From the NCBI GenBank assembly GCA_973895155.1, contig OZ316895.1, forward strand, positions 10,466,184-10,530,183: a DNA stretch of 64,000 nucleotides. Direction: 5' to 3'. The DNA comes from Marsupella aquatica. Its lineage: Eukaryota > Plantae > Marchantiophyta. The translations under genes and the position numbers were made by a program. The notes below the pieces were generated by a model. It was not told the origin of the DNA and made no database searches. It saw only the letters and a list, made by a program, of their open reading frames with translations. Below are positions 52,694 through 64,000 of this stretch, one piece after another (positions within the stretch are counted from its first letter, which is position 1; every line of letters starts with the position of its first letter).

Positions 52694-53625
52694 GCTTTAA
52701 ACTGGACTTAGGTTTCACCATGAAGATAGGACACTGAGATTTCCTGGCATTCTTTCCAGAACCAACAATGATTACAGGATGTGTGAGTGAATGCTTATAA
52801 TTCTAACTTTCTGTGATCTGATTGGTTCGATGTATTCATTACGCGGTTGGGCTTTTCCTCTTGTCTTTTCTCCTCACCCTGGTTCTGCAAATGAGGTAGC
52901 CCAACATGTTTGATATCTTAAGAACAGTCAAAACTCAAAGAGGGGATGCCGTTTGGGGTATTGGTAGGAAGCTGTCCAAAAAATGTATTCTCCAGTTGTC
53001 ATGTGTCTAGGGATCATGGTCGGCAAGGTGCATAAAGGAACTCCACCAGGGAGTTTTGCACACAGAAGTCCGTAAGCGTCTATCTAAGGCTACTTTTGTT
53101 CGTTTGTAGGAACGAATTACATAATTGAATCTTCATCTTCGTAAAGAAAATGTGATGCAGGTTATTGAATATTAATGTCATCCCATAAAGAACATGTGAT
53201 GCACATGCAAGGCCTATGATATCATTTCATCTCACGGAATCTCTTTGAGAGGAAAGACCGTTCATTCATTATGATCTCTGCCCGTCCCACATTCTGGGAG
53301 TGGTTAACTAAATCGTACATTCGGTAATGATTTTCTGGCCTATTCTCAGCTTCTGCCAGATGCATACTGAACTGCTCGGATGTCATTTTACTCTTTGTGA
53401 ATCACCTTTCTTCAGGACTCCCAAAAAGTGGTCCAAGTCAAATTCTTACCCGACAGTTGCATGTCAAAGGACATGACCCAAAAAGTAATCGAGACCAATT
53501 CTTGTTCCGAGTTTTGCATGTAATGACAATCCCTGAAATACACTTCTTGTTGAAAGCAGAGAGGATGGTAGTGATGTCGATCTTCACGAGTCATGGATCC
53601 AAGACCCACCGATAACCATGTCGTC

Positions 53626-53710
53626 CAGAAGGAATAGCAGCAGAAGAAGCCTGGTCTGGTTGTTACGCCCAGAAGGAATAGCAGAAGCAGCCTGGTCTGG
53701 TTGTTACGCC
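53626..53710. repeat. About 43-bp tandem duplication
   Basis: CAGAAGGAATAGCAG(CAG)AAG.AGCCTGGTCTGGTTGTTACGCC occurs twice. Confidence 0.85.
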
Positions 53711-55307
53711 GGTGCTGCACCACATGCTTAGCCAAGATCAAGAAATTTAGTCTCCACTGGGGAAAAGAGAATGTGGAGTTGAGGTGATATCCTAGGTCAA
53801 TCCAGAGAGTTGTAGGAACTGTGTGTCAACCTAGAGTCGTGGGAGCTGTGTCATGAGCTCTCAGCCACAACTTCTTCACAAGTTTTAGATACATCTACAA
53901 CCTACGAGAGTCTTGCAACTGGATCCTATCCGTTGTATGGATCAATGACTTGCTAGAGGACCATCCACTCTTTTCATTCTGAAGGAAACAGAGCATGTAC
54001 GGAAAATGCAAACTCCTGTGTGAAAAGTGAATCATCCCTATAGCAAAGTTTATCAACCAAGCCCATACAACCCCAAATAACTGCAGGGAACAACTGAACT
54101 ATTGAAGAAATTTAGTTGACTAAGATGAAAAATTGACTGTTCTGGTTCTAAGGGAAGAAAGAGAAAAGTTCTAGTGAAACAGGGGCCAAACAAAGGACAA
54201 CACAAAGCCAAACAGAGGGAAAAGTCTGGAAGAGGACCCAACTAAACCAAAGAAAAAAGGTGGTAGGATGCCCTGCTAGGGATCACTGTTTCATAAATTG
54301 GGGTAACACCCCTATATATGTACTGTACTTAAGTAGTTTAGCTAAGGCAAGAAAATAAGTAAGAAACAACCAAAAAGTTTTCAACAATGTATTTTGCAAT
54401 TGAGGACCACTTCAGGATAGGATAAATAAACAGGTGTATTCTGCCAGCGCAAAAACAGATAGTGTTGGTAAAATTGGGTACAGTTAACGGGCAGGATACA
54501 TACGTGAGCAACCTCTGTCTGAATCTACAGTAACCAAGGGATTTAGGAGTTAAGGTGGTAAGATTGGAAAGTCATTGTTCATTCTGTTCCTTCCACCCTA
54601 AAAAATTACTTTCAGGGAGGAACACTAGCGACTGTCAGCCATTGGAGCAGAGGTTTAGGGTTTCAGGAACGAGCATTTCCTGTGTACAAATGGCTATCTG
54701 ACAATGGGGAAGACTAATCAGGCTCGACACTTTTGGGGTTGTCTTCTTGATACGCACAAAACTAGTTGCCTTACGAGGAAGTGGATCCTAAAAAGGCAAT
54801 CTTTGAGGGAGAACAAAATACATTGACAAGTTTCTGTGGACTCTGAATGTTGATGAATCAAACAGTTGATGTTCAAAGACAGACACATTCACTTAGCCAA
54901 TCTTGCAGGTGATACATTGTTGTTGGAGCTTGTCACAAACAACTCCAAAGTGGGAGCAGAGTAGGTGTTAGGTGGAGAAGATTCAAAATGCCCAATGAAG
55001 AGACCTCAGGAGCCCAGGCTAATGGGAACCTGCCATTGAGGCCCAGTTCAAGAAATGCCAAGCTGATGGCATATTGGGAGCAGAGCCCTCAAAAAAGGGA
55101 AGGAGCTTTGGGATGGAGGAAGAAGCAAGGGCTCAAGAGGACGTCGTAGAACCATATATGACTCCACCCCAAACAGGTGCCGGTCAAGGTCAAAATCAGG
55201 AAGCAGAAAATGAAGGACTGGAATTTGAGGCCAATCCTAAGACTTCTCCACCCCAGCACTGGAATTCAAAGGGTTGGATTATTACAGTGCCAATAAGGCC
55301 GACAGAG

Positions 55308-55614
55308 CCCGGGGTCCTCACTTCTTTTCTTCCGACCCATCACTCGCGAATAAGTATAGGGTTTTTTTATTGGGTTTAGTGAAATACTTTTAAATTTTTG
55401 TTGAAGAACATTAGGGTTATTTTAATCCAATTTTGAGAATTATAAGAATCATAGGGTTTTTTAAAATCAAATATAGGAATATTCTTGGAATATTCTATTA
55501 AGTTAGGGGTAAAAAAATTCCTAAAAAAAACTTTATTGACTTCACTTTTAGGGTGTTTATTCCTCCAAAACTTCGAGCGTGATATGAGACACCCCTTGGA
55601 TTGAGGCCCCCGAG
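55308..55614. mobile_element. MITE with an 8-bp TSD (hAT-type)
   Basis: TIRs CCCGGGGTCCTCA / TGAGGCCCCCGAG. Flanks CGACAGAG / CGACGGAG (one mismatch). AT-rich 307-bp element. Confidence 0.8.
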
Positions 55615-56654
55615 CGACGGAGAATTAAAAGCTATCACAACCCTATAAAAGAATGTGTTTCCCACCTTTATGGAGCAGATGGGGTTGGCCAATTTTGTCC
55701 AATTACCTTGGTTAGAGTAGAGTTAATTGAATTTGTGGAAAGCTGTAATCCGGAGAGGAAGCTCACCCAAATTTTCGACCATGAGTTCCAATTTAATGAA
55801 GACTTTGTTGCGGAGGCATTCTGGCTGAAGAAGGGAGGAAGCAGCTACATAGACTCTTGATTCTATAATTAGACAGATGATCAATTCATAGATTTCAATT
55901 AAGGCGTCATTGAGGCACAACAAATTCTTCACAAATCAATGCACTAGCAACAGAAGTGGTGGAATTCTTACGAGTCACACTGTAGATGATGGGAAGCAGA
56001 CCAGTGGTAGGGAAACAACCAATAGTGGTTGACACAAATGTTGTCTCCACAAAGGGATTATTAAAATTTTCTATATAAGAAACTGGTTGGAGAATGGCTG
56101 CCACGTGCAAGAATATTTCCACTAGAGTCTCGTCCGAGTTAACCTTTCACCTGGGTTTTCTTTGCCAATATGCAAGGAATAAGATCTGTGTTTCAAGGCC
56201 GTGGAAGACAAGGTTAAGGCCTAGAAACACCTTGACATGGCCATTTAGCAACGGGATTGTGTGGTGGACGATGCTCAAAGGCCACAAAAGAGACTTGAAG
56301 AGTAGGCGCAAAGAAGGATAGAGTTCTACATTGTTGCCAATGTGACAAATCACGCAAGTACAATTTTTTCAGTAGGAAAGGGAAAAGGGTAATTGTCCCT
56401 CTGTCCTCCGTCATCAGATAGGTTCTCGAGATTGTCTTCAATCAATACTTGAAGAAGAAGAAGGAGAGCAGTCCGACAAAGCCACCACCCAAGGTAACAG
56501 AGGTGGAGAATTGGACTGAAGAGGTTAGTCACGTTGAGGCAAATGAACCTGAAGGCTAGGAAATCAAGCATCTATCAGAAACATTCCTAATGTCATGAAT
56601 AAGTCCACATCAGAAATCAGGTCAAGGTTGAGAACGTTGTCAGTGGTTATTGGG

Positions 56655-56828
56655 GAAACCATTTTAGAAACTAAATTTGGGGATATTTTAGAATATTCCA
56701 AAAATATAGGGGTAGAAAAATAGTTCAAAAAACCTTATTTTTTCTTATTTTTTCTTATTTTTTAGGATGTTTAATAATTAAAAATGTCAAGCGTGATATG
56801 AGACCCCCTTCAGAGTGAGGCCCCTGAG
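56655..56828. mobile_element. Truncated second copy of the 55308-55614 MITE
   Basis: Has the same right end (GCGTGATATGAGAC.CCC...TGAGGCCCCTGAG) and a similar AT-rich body. Left TIR not found; left boundary approximate. Confidence 0.65.
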
Positions 56829-57921
56829 CCCAACATTGGTGACCACACCCATACTGGAAAGAAGGCTGATGGTGATGATGAGAGTGGCGGAGAACATGTA
56901 TCTTGTTGAGTGTTGTAATTGTATATTGCATGACAATCTTAGTGAAGCTGGTGAAGCTGGCTAAAGAGCCTAGCTTGCAGACTATTGTGTTGAGTGCTTA
57001 ATGTATTGTGTACGTGGTTGAATACAATGCCTTAATAATTTATAGTCAATTAAGGAGGTGATCTAGGTTCTTTGTGTGTGTGGCTTATAAACTCTAATTG
57101 GAAACTGCTCATGTTAGGAATTGACTTGAGTTCCCAACTTTAGTTAGTTTGGCTTAGTTAACCCTGGATTACATTAGGATAAGATCCGCTTAGTTTAGGC
57201 CCACACATCTCAACCCCTCTGGGGGTATAGGTTGGATGGAGAGTTTTCTCTCCGTCATTCTTCACATGTATTTCTCATGAGCTATGGATCCTTTAGGATT
57301 TTCTTCATCGTGGTGTCTTGTTGGTGTAGTGTGAGATTGAGTGGTCTCATGGTCCACATTGCTGTCTAGTCTGGAGCGGGGTCTGGAGCGGCGGTTTCTT
57401 ACACTCATTCAATCCAAAGAGATAGTGAGTGTGCTAGTCGGTTCAGGTTGGGTGAATCGCCTGAGAAATCCCTTAGCAAGATTGAGAAATCAAGCCGATC
57501 GGGTACACTTCACTTCAATGGCAGAATCCAAATATACCGGAGTTTGTAAGGAAAGAGGGTTTAATGCAGAAAAGTAAGCACCATAGTTCATAACCCCAAA
57601 TCAAGAACCCCGAGGGTACAGAAACGTAGTTCAAAGTGCAATTCTCAAACTTGGCCCCTATTTAGCATTACTTTCAGTCCAATTCCCTAGGGAAAAGGCT
57701 TGCTAGTAGTGTTTTCCTTGGGTTGAGCGGAGGAAAGCATGCTAGAGGTGGCATGAAAAACACCAGGTTTTAAATTTCATTTGTTCACAAATAGGACATC
57801 ATGAATCATCCCCATAGCAAAGTTATTGAGCTTACCTAAGTGTTAGGAATGGATATGAAATGAGATGAGGACGCTTGACAAACGAGCTATTACTGCCATG
57901 CTTACTTCTAGTGGTTTTTGG

Positions 57922-58021
57922 ATCTTAGCCTAGATCAACATGCTTGATGAGAATAATGTCTACTTGAGCCCATCTTAGCCTAGATCAACATGCTTGATGA
58001 GAATAATGTCTACTTGAGCCC
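57922..58021. repeat. Perfect 50-bp tandem duplication
   Basis: ATCTTAGCCTAGATCAACATGCTTGATGAGAATAATGTCTACTTGAGCCC occurs twice. Confidence 0.93.
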
Positions 58022-60954
58022 AATTCCTCCTCTGCCCGAATCCTTCACCATTTTTTGCAAAAATTAGGACGCATATGCTTCATGGACCCCCTGCCTGTTT
58101 GTTATGTGGGATATTGAAGACATTAATGTGAATGCATTCCGTTTTGAAAACTTCATTTGATCTTTTGGCATTTTCTCCCACTAGGAAGTTTTTGAGGCTT
58201 GAGGTTTCAGGAGTTCACCCGGGGTCTTCACAAGGCCTGTGTGCATGGGCCTGCATGGTGTGTGTGTCATGGGTTGTGCCAAGAGTTCTGCCACATTAAA
58301 ATGCAGAAAGTGAGGTACTTCCAGAAGTGGCACATGGAAGTGTAAAATGAGGAGGCAATTTCAATTGTTTTTGGCATTTTGCTTGTGGTTCAGTAGTTGT
58401 TTTTGAGGGTTTCCCTAAAAAAAAACCTCAAAAACATACATCCGTAAATACCAAAAGTGGTGGCACTCTAGGGGTTTTTGGAAGACAACATGGAGAATGT
58501 CTTGAGGTGACACTTGACATTTTTCTTTGACTGGTGTACTTTTTGTTCAGTCTGCCATTTGGGTGGGAGGTAAATGGCCAACACTTGTGCTTTGGAAGAC
58601 AATGTGTCCATCAAGCATATACCTGGACAAATTAACCAGAGTTTTTGGGACCCATCATTAGCCACCGAGTCACACAGCCTGCTAGGCCCTGTTAGGCACA
58701 CTCTAAGGCTCCTACAATCCAGTGAGATCTAACTATCTAGAATGAATCCACTAGATTTCAATAAAGAAGAATCCTTTTGGGGTTTGATTTAAAAATAATA
58801 ATAAATTAATTAAAAAATCCTCGCATCTCCCTCTACACAAGGTAACATTCGTCATCCTGGCCAATTAAAAAACCTTAAATATCACCCTTCCACGTAACAT
58901 GCATGACTAGAATCTGCTGCTTGGTTGGTCAGGATATAAAATAATTGAGGAGAATCAATACCCCTCCAAGCACCCCTCTAACCCTCTTATCTAAAGACGG
59001 CTCGTTATGTAAAGTCTGTCACATTACAGCCCACAAGGCGGCATACTAATTACTGGTACACGATACGACAGGATTGGTGCCTGTTTGTCATTCGGGATCT
59101 CCACTAAGGACAGAAAACGCAATCATGGAGGATTACGGAGTCAGGAGTCTCCAGCTCTGTTAGGTGAAAGTGAAAGTGTGAACATACCCACCTAATTTTA
59201 TTTCCGTTGTTTCGAGATCATTATCATCCTCCTCCTCCTCCTCCTGAAGTATCTGAGTATCGCCTGTTTTACACGTCATCACTGAAGAACTTTCCTATTC
59301 TTAGCCGTCAATTTGTAGCTATAGAGTGTTTGTGTAGGCAGAAAAAGGTGGACAGGGCAAGCGTGGCTGTTTTACACGTACTCATTCGTAGCATAGCGGT
59401 CGATGATATGACACATTGACACTGCCAAAGAAAGGGAGAGAGTTCATTTGTGGTTATTGAGCATGTGCTCTAGAGAAAGGTGGGCAGGCCACGTTGCCTG
59501 CTTGGGGGATAAGTGTTTGGGTGAGGTCATGCTAGGGGTTGGGGAAAAAATGTTGGTGAGTGGGTTTGGTGAATTTGTTTTAATTTGAGAATTGGAAATA
59601 TTGGCTCTTCAGTTTTTTGGCTTTGGCTCATTGGATTTTCCCTTGGTTGATCCCCTTACGAATCTCTTGCGTTTGGGAATCCTAGCTGAAGCTTTGGCTC
59701 TTAGGAATTTTCTCTGTTTTATCCCTTTATTGGGTCTCATTCCTTTGGGATCCTGTTTCCTGCTTGACACTTTTTGTGCTTTGGCAGTCTCAGAACATAT
59801 AATGAAAAGCTGTCAATTCTGCATCTTCACCACATGTCTTCTCTGTCCGAGATGGCTCTCGATAATTCAGAAAAGTGTTGATTATAAAAATGAATGAATG
59901 AATTAGGGTGGATGGAAGTAACGTTGAATGATGTGTATATGGAAACGTTACTAGGAAGTGACTTCCCCAATATGTATTGATTAAAAAGTAAACCATTACC
60001 TGGACAGTAATGAGATAAACTAGTATTTTCTTTTGTTTTCTTGTGTACATATGATACACATGTACTTTGCGATGTAATTATGTGTTAGCTGGACGCCTTG
60101 TTGTATGGCCCTCACCGGCTTCTCAGGAGGTGACAGGAACTAGAGAATATTAAAAAACAAATTATATGTATATAACTGCGGTTTCACCTTTACATGAAAA
60201 GAATGCTCTGAGGCACCAAATTCACATGTATGGCTGCAAAAGCCTGTCGGATTTACTCAACAATGTCTTGGCATTGATTGTGAAGAATTCATGGGCAAGG
60301 AAGTCAGTTTTTTCAACCACAGCTAGCTGCCACTATGAATGGGTACCTACCCCAACTAGCCATTGTACATTTGCGCAAGTGAACAGTAACCTCTCCCACT
60401 CCCTTCCCTCATAAGATCCTCCTACCCCAATTTTATTTTTTCCGTGATTTCTTAACACACATGATTTCTTAGAACATATGAACTATTTTTAGAAGTGCTT
60501 TTTCCAACTGAGATCACTAGATCACGATGAGATTTAGGGTTTGAGTCAGAAATCTCCCCCATGGTGAACTAATGAGATGATATTGATACTAAAAAATAGA
60601 TGTGCTAGGATTTTTCATGTACGTAATTGTAGGTATGCAATGAAACCTACAGGCCGCCCATAATACTTTATAAGGGGACTTGTTTTGAAAACATTCATAA
60701 TATTACTGTGGGTGTGACTTGCCTGCTGTGGCTGACTATTGACAAGAATTTTGTGTGGGCCCAGAAATGGAAAGTTTAGAAGCTACAATCTTCTATAGGC
60801 ATTGTCGCAGCCCAATAAAGACTATTGGCAGCCCCAGGCTTTACTTATTTAGCTCAATGGAATAATCGTTACATAAGAGCATAGCAGCAGCATTCTACTA
60901 TTTTCCCGCTAAGACTACATCATACCAGAACCATCCCTTTCCCCATGATGACAG

Positions 60955-61475
60955 CACTTCACTTTATATGAGTTTATATGAGCATGAGGGCCACCTTTGG
61001 AAGGGGAGAAATTGATTCTACATGACTCCTTGAGTAGTCACAAGAATTGCACATCAAAATGTACGGTGTACCACATCATTCTATATCATGATAAACCCAA
61101 TTATTATGTTTAAACCTCTAAGTAGAGTGGCATTGTATACCACTTCATTTTATATGAGCGTGAGGGCCACAACATCATTCTACATCATGATAAACCCAAT
61201 TATTCTCTCTAAGCCACTAAGTGGAGTGGTATTGTAACCACTTCACTTTATATGAGCATGAGGGCCATGATAAACCCAATTATTCTCTTTAAACCACTAA
61301 GTGGAGAGGCATTGTATACCACTTCACTATATATGAGCATGAGGCCACTTTTGGAGGGGAGAAATTGATTTTACATGACTCATTGAGTAGTCACTAGAAT
61401 TGCACACCAAAATGTAAGGACATCATTCTATATCATGATAAATCCAATTCTTCTTTTTAAACCACTAAGTGGAGT
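60955..61475. repeat. Degenerate modular tandem repeat array
   Basis: CACTTCACTTTATATGAGCATGAGGGCCA and CATGATAAACCCAATTATT...CCACTAAGTGGAG each recur about four times. A TTTGGA.GGGGAGAAATTGATT...GAATTGCACA.CAAAATGTA module occurs twice. Confidence 0.85.
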
Positions 61476-64000
61476 CACATTGGATGCCTTATATTATCAC
61501 ATTTTGATGTGTAATTACCTAACACTTCGTGAAGGGTCCACTATGTCTTACTTGTCATCACCATCTGCAGCATTTATTTAGACCCCTCGTTGTATTGGTG
61601 GGTGTTCTTTGTGTCACCTTGAATGCCGTCACTATAGTAGTTGTCTATCTAAATTTTCTGTCGGTTTACTTGAGGAAAGGCCTTTTCTAAGTTTTGCAAA
61701 ACAAGCACGAGTTTCGAGATAGTTCGGTCCGCTGTACGAGAAACGAGTATTAATGACACGGATGTAGATGTTCCTCTGCTCATATTCAATGTTTGCTGGG
61801 CGAAGTGGATGTTCTTCTTTGATCACCGCTACACTACTGTACGTATCCCAACATATTTTTACGAAGCGTCAAGGGGTTTCTTCTCAATACTGTAATGGCA
61901 TGACAGTGCTGAGACGTGGCATGATAGTGGCAAATAGAGAGGTAAGAGTTCGAAATAAATGAAGTCCAACTTATAGGACTGTACTATAATTGTGAAATCA
62001 CGATCAGCGGATCAGGATGGAGATGGATGGACCTTTTTTTTGGATTCTCCGAACCTCGTCAACAACGAAGTATCTCACATGAATTCTCCTGGAATCACGA
62101 TCAGGAATACATGGAAAAGGATCGATCTTCTGGGAGAGTTTTTTGTCCCAATCACATCATTCAGGAAAGAGAATGCTTTTGCATCGAAGTGTCGCACACG
62201 AATTCTCCTGAAACACGACCAGAATGCAGCTGGATTGATCGTTCGGGGTTCTCCCAACTCTGTTCCCTCGGAATCTCTCAATTCAACCACGACCGTAACG
62301 GAAACGGAATGCTACGACGGCGATACAACCTGCAGTAGTCCATTGAGGGATCAGAGGACGGAGATTTCTCTTCAGAATTCGATTCTGCTGGAAACTTTCA
62401 GCAAGAGACAGTGCTTTTCCAGAATTTGTGAATCGCGGACATAACAGTCCCCCAGCTTATAATATGATTTCTGAATCGAGCGCGCTGATAGTGGTACATC
62501 ATGGAGGCGTAGAGAAAGAAGCTCATAATCTGATCCAAGCAAGCCATAACTGCAGTTCGTACCGTTAATATCTGTCCCTTTCTCTCCTTTGACAAATCCT
62601 AAGATACTGCACGTGCACTCTACTCTAGGACACCAAATCGAAAGTGTTCTGAGGAATCGCCTGCCTCAGGATTAGTTGGCCGGTAACTAGATAGACCTTA
62701 TTACTGCACTAAATCGCAGATCAGATCAGCTGTGCAGCCCTTAATTCCGGACGGTAGCACTCGTCATAATTGTTTCCAGATATTCGTGTCGAAAGGCCGA
62801 AGCCCAGTCTGGGAGGGGACCAGGTTAATGCAAGCACATCATTTTCAAGGAACTTTATAAGAGAACAAAGGTGGTCAACAACCAGCACTCAACGAATCAA
62901 TGCTGGAATATTACTTAAAATAATTCAAATGCAAACGTTGCTTGAGCTACGTGAACATCATTCCCAGCGCAGAAAGGGGGCAGTCAAACCTTCGTGTACT
63001 CTATTGAGTGACAAGCCAGTCACAAGTGGAAAATATACACACCCTAGAGGCAAATCGAGGCCCAAAGAGAGTGAGAATTGACACCTCTGACCAGTCAAAT
63101 TCATAGGCTCTTCGTGGAGCAAATTTCGCAGCTCAATTGATTACATCTTCAAAGCGGCGCAATGCTCTGCTCGAACGTACCGTAACTTCGGAGCTAACAG
63201 TCTCGTCCTTTGTCACAGGATTCTTGATACAAAATAGAAGTATTCCACAAAAACTGTATGCTGGAATGTTCGAGACTCGTGTGCTCACTGAAGACTGAGT
63301 CCTTCGGCATTGTTGGATTCTCGGCATTTACGTCAGTGGAGCACGATAACGTCTCCATGAATGGGAATGGGCTCTTTCTCCGTACCGGTGAAACAGTTCG
63401 TGAGTGAGCAAACGTCATCGAGGCCGACGAATATACCCCCGAAGGTGACGGATTGACAGCCTTCGCCACAATTCCACTTGTTGCTAAGTCTACTGTCTAT
63501 GGACATCACCTGTGGATTTCATGCTTAGTGTACATTGTCACAAAAGAGGCGGCTCTTCGCTGCCCTCGCTGAGCATTAGAATCGTTTGAAAGGTTTTGGT
63601 TGATCGCTGCAGGGAGAGCTCCATCCTACAGTATATCAATCGTATGACAATCTATTCTCCCCTGCTCAGCTCAGCCCAAAACACCTTCTCAATCTGTCGA
63701 AGCATCCAAGAAATCGATGGAGGGGGCGAGTTCAAGAGTTAACACACCTCACCCTTCCTTCGAAAAGCCTGACGATCACCGTAGCAAGTGAATCTCAACG
63801 CTAAAGTTTTGTGGACTCGAACACGTTTGCAAAAGTTTAGAATTGCGAATGTTTGTCCTTTCAAATATTGAACTAAGAAAAGACTGAACAGAGTCGAAAG
63901 TGAGGAGCAAAGGACAGCGGAAGTCCCTGCAAGTCGGTAGAAGGTCTGGCCAACGTCACTTTAAATCTTTCCAGCTTTGAGCAACAACCTCGCTCACCGT

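Larger units (their letters stand above)
54028..57824. mobile_element. Degenerate repeat-like segment bounded by 23-bp direct repeats
   Basis: TGAATCATCCC(T/C)ATAGCAAAGTT at 54028-54050 and 57802-57824. The interior has broken plus-strand reading frames and nested MITEs. Confidence 0.45.

Noticed and set aside
60955-61475. Repeat array as a possible CRISPR
   Set aside because: Eukaryotic context, no unique spacers and no cas genes.

Overview
This is eukaryotic land-plant nuclear DNA. Short GT-AG introns, a plastid ClpR4 gene and Copia LTR elements point to a land plant; a compact bryophyte-type genome is plausible but cannot be proven from this window. Four multi-exon genes are clearly recognisable: phosphoacetylglucosamine mutase (-, 1358-5543), RTEL1 helicase (-, ~13.2k-22835), RNA polymerase I second-largest subunit NRPA2 (+, 30330-40213) and ClpR4 (+, 50076-52693). 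There is also a coiled-coil gene (+, 43158-46733) and the last exon of an unidentified gene (+, 319-710). Intergenic DNA holds two internally deleted Copia elements with intact TSDs, two related solo LTRs, MITEs and local tandem duplications. The most notable observations are: an 83-aa transit-peptide-like in-frame extension on the normally cytosolic GlcNAc-phosphate mutase (possible dual targeting, and possibly a link to plastid peptidoglycan precursor supply); a U12 AT-AC first intron in NRPA2; a stop-free 3n intron; and a ~3.75-kb segment bounded by 23-bp direct repeats. No rRNA, tRNA or CRISPR features were seen. All coordinates and homology calls were made by eye, without database searches.
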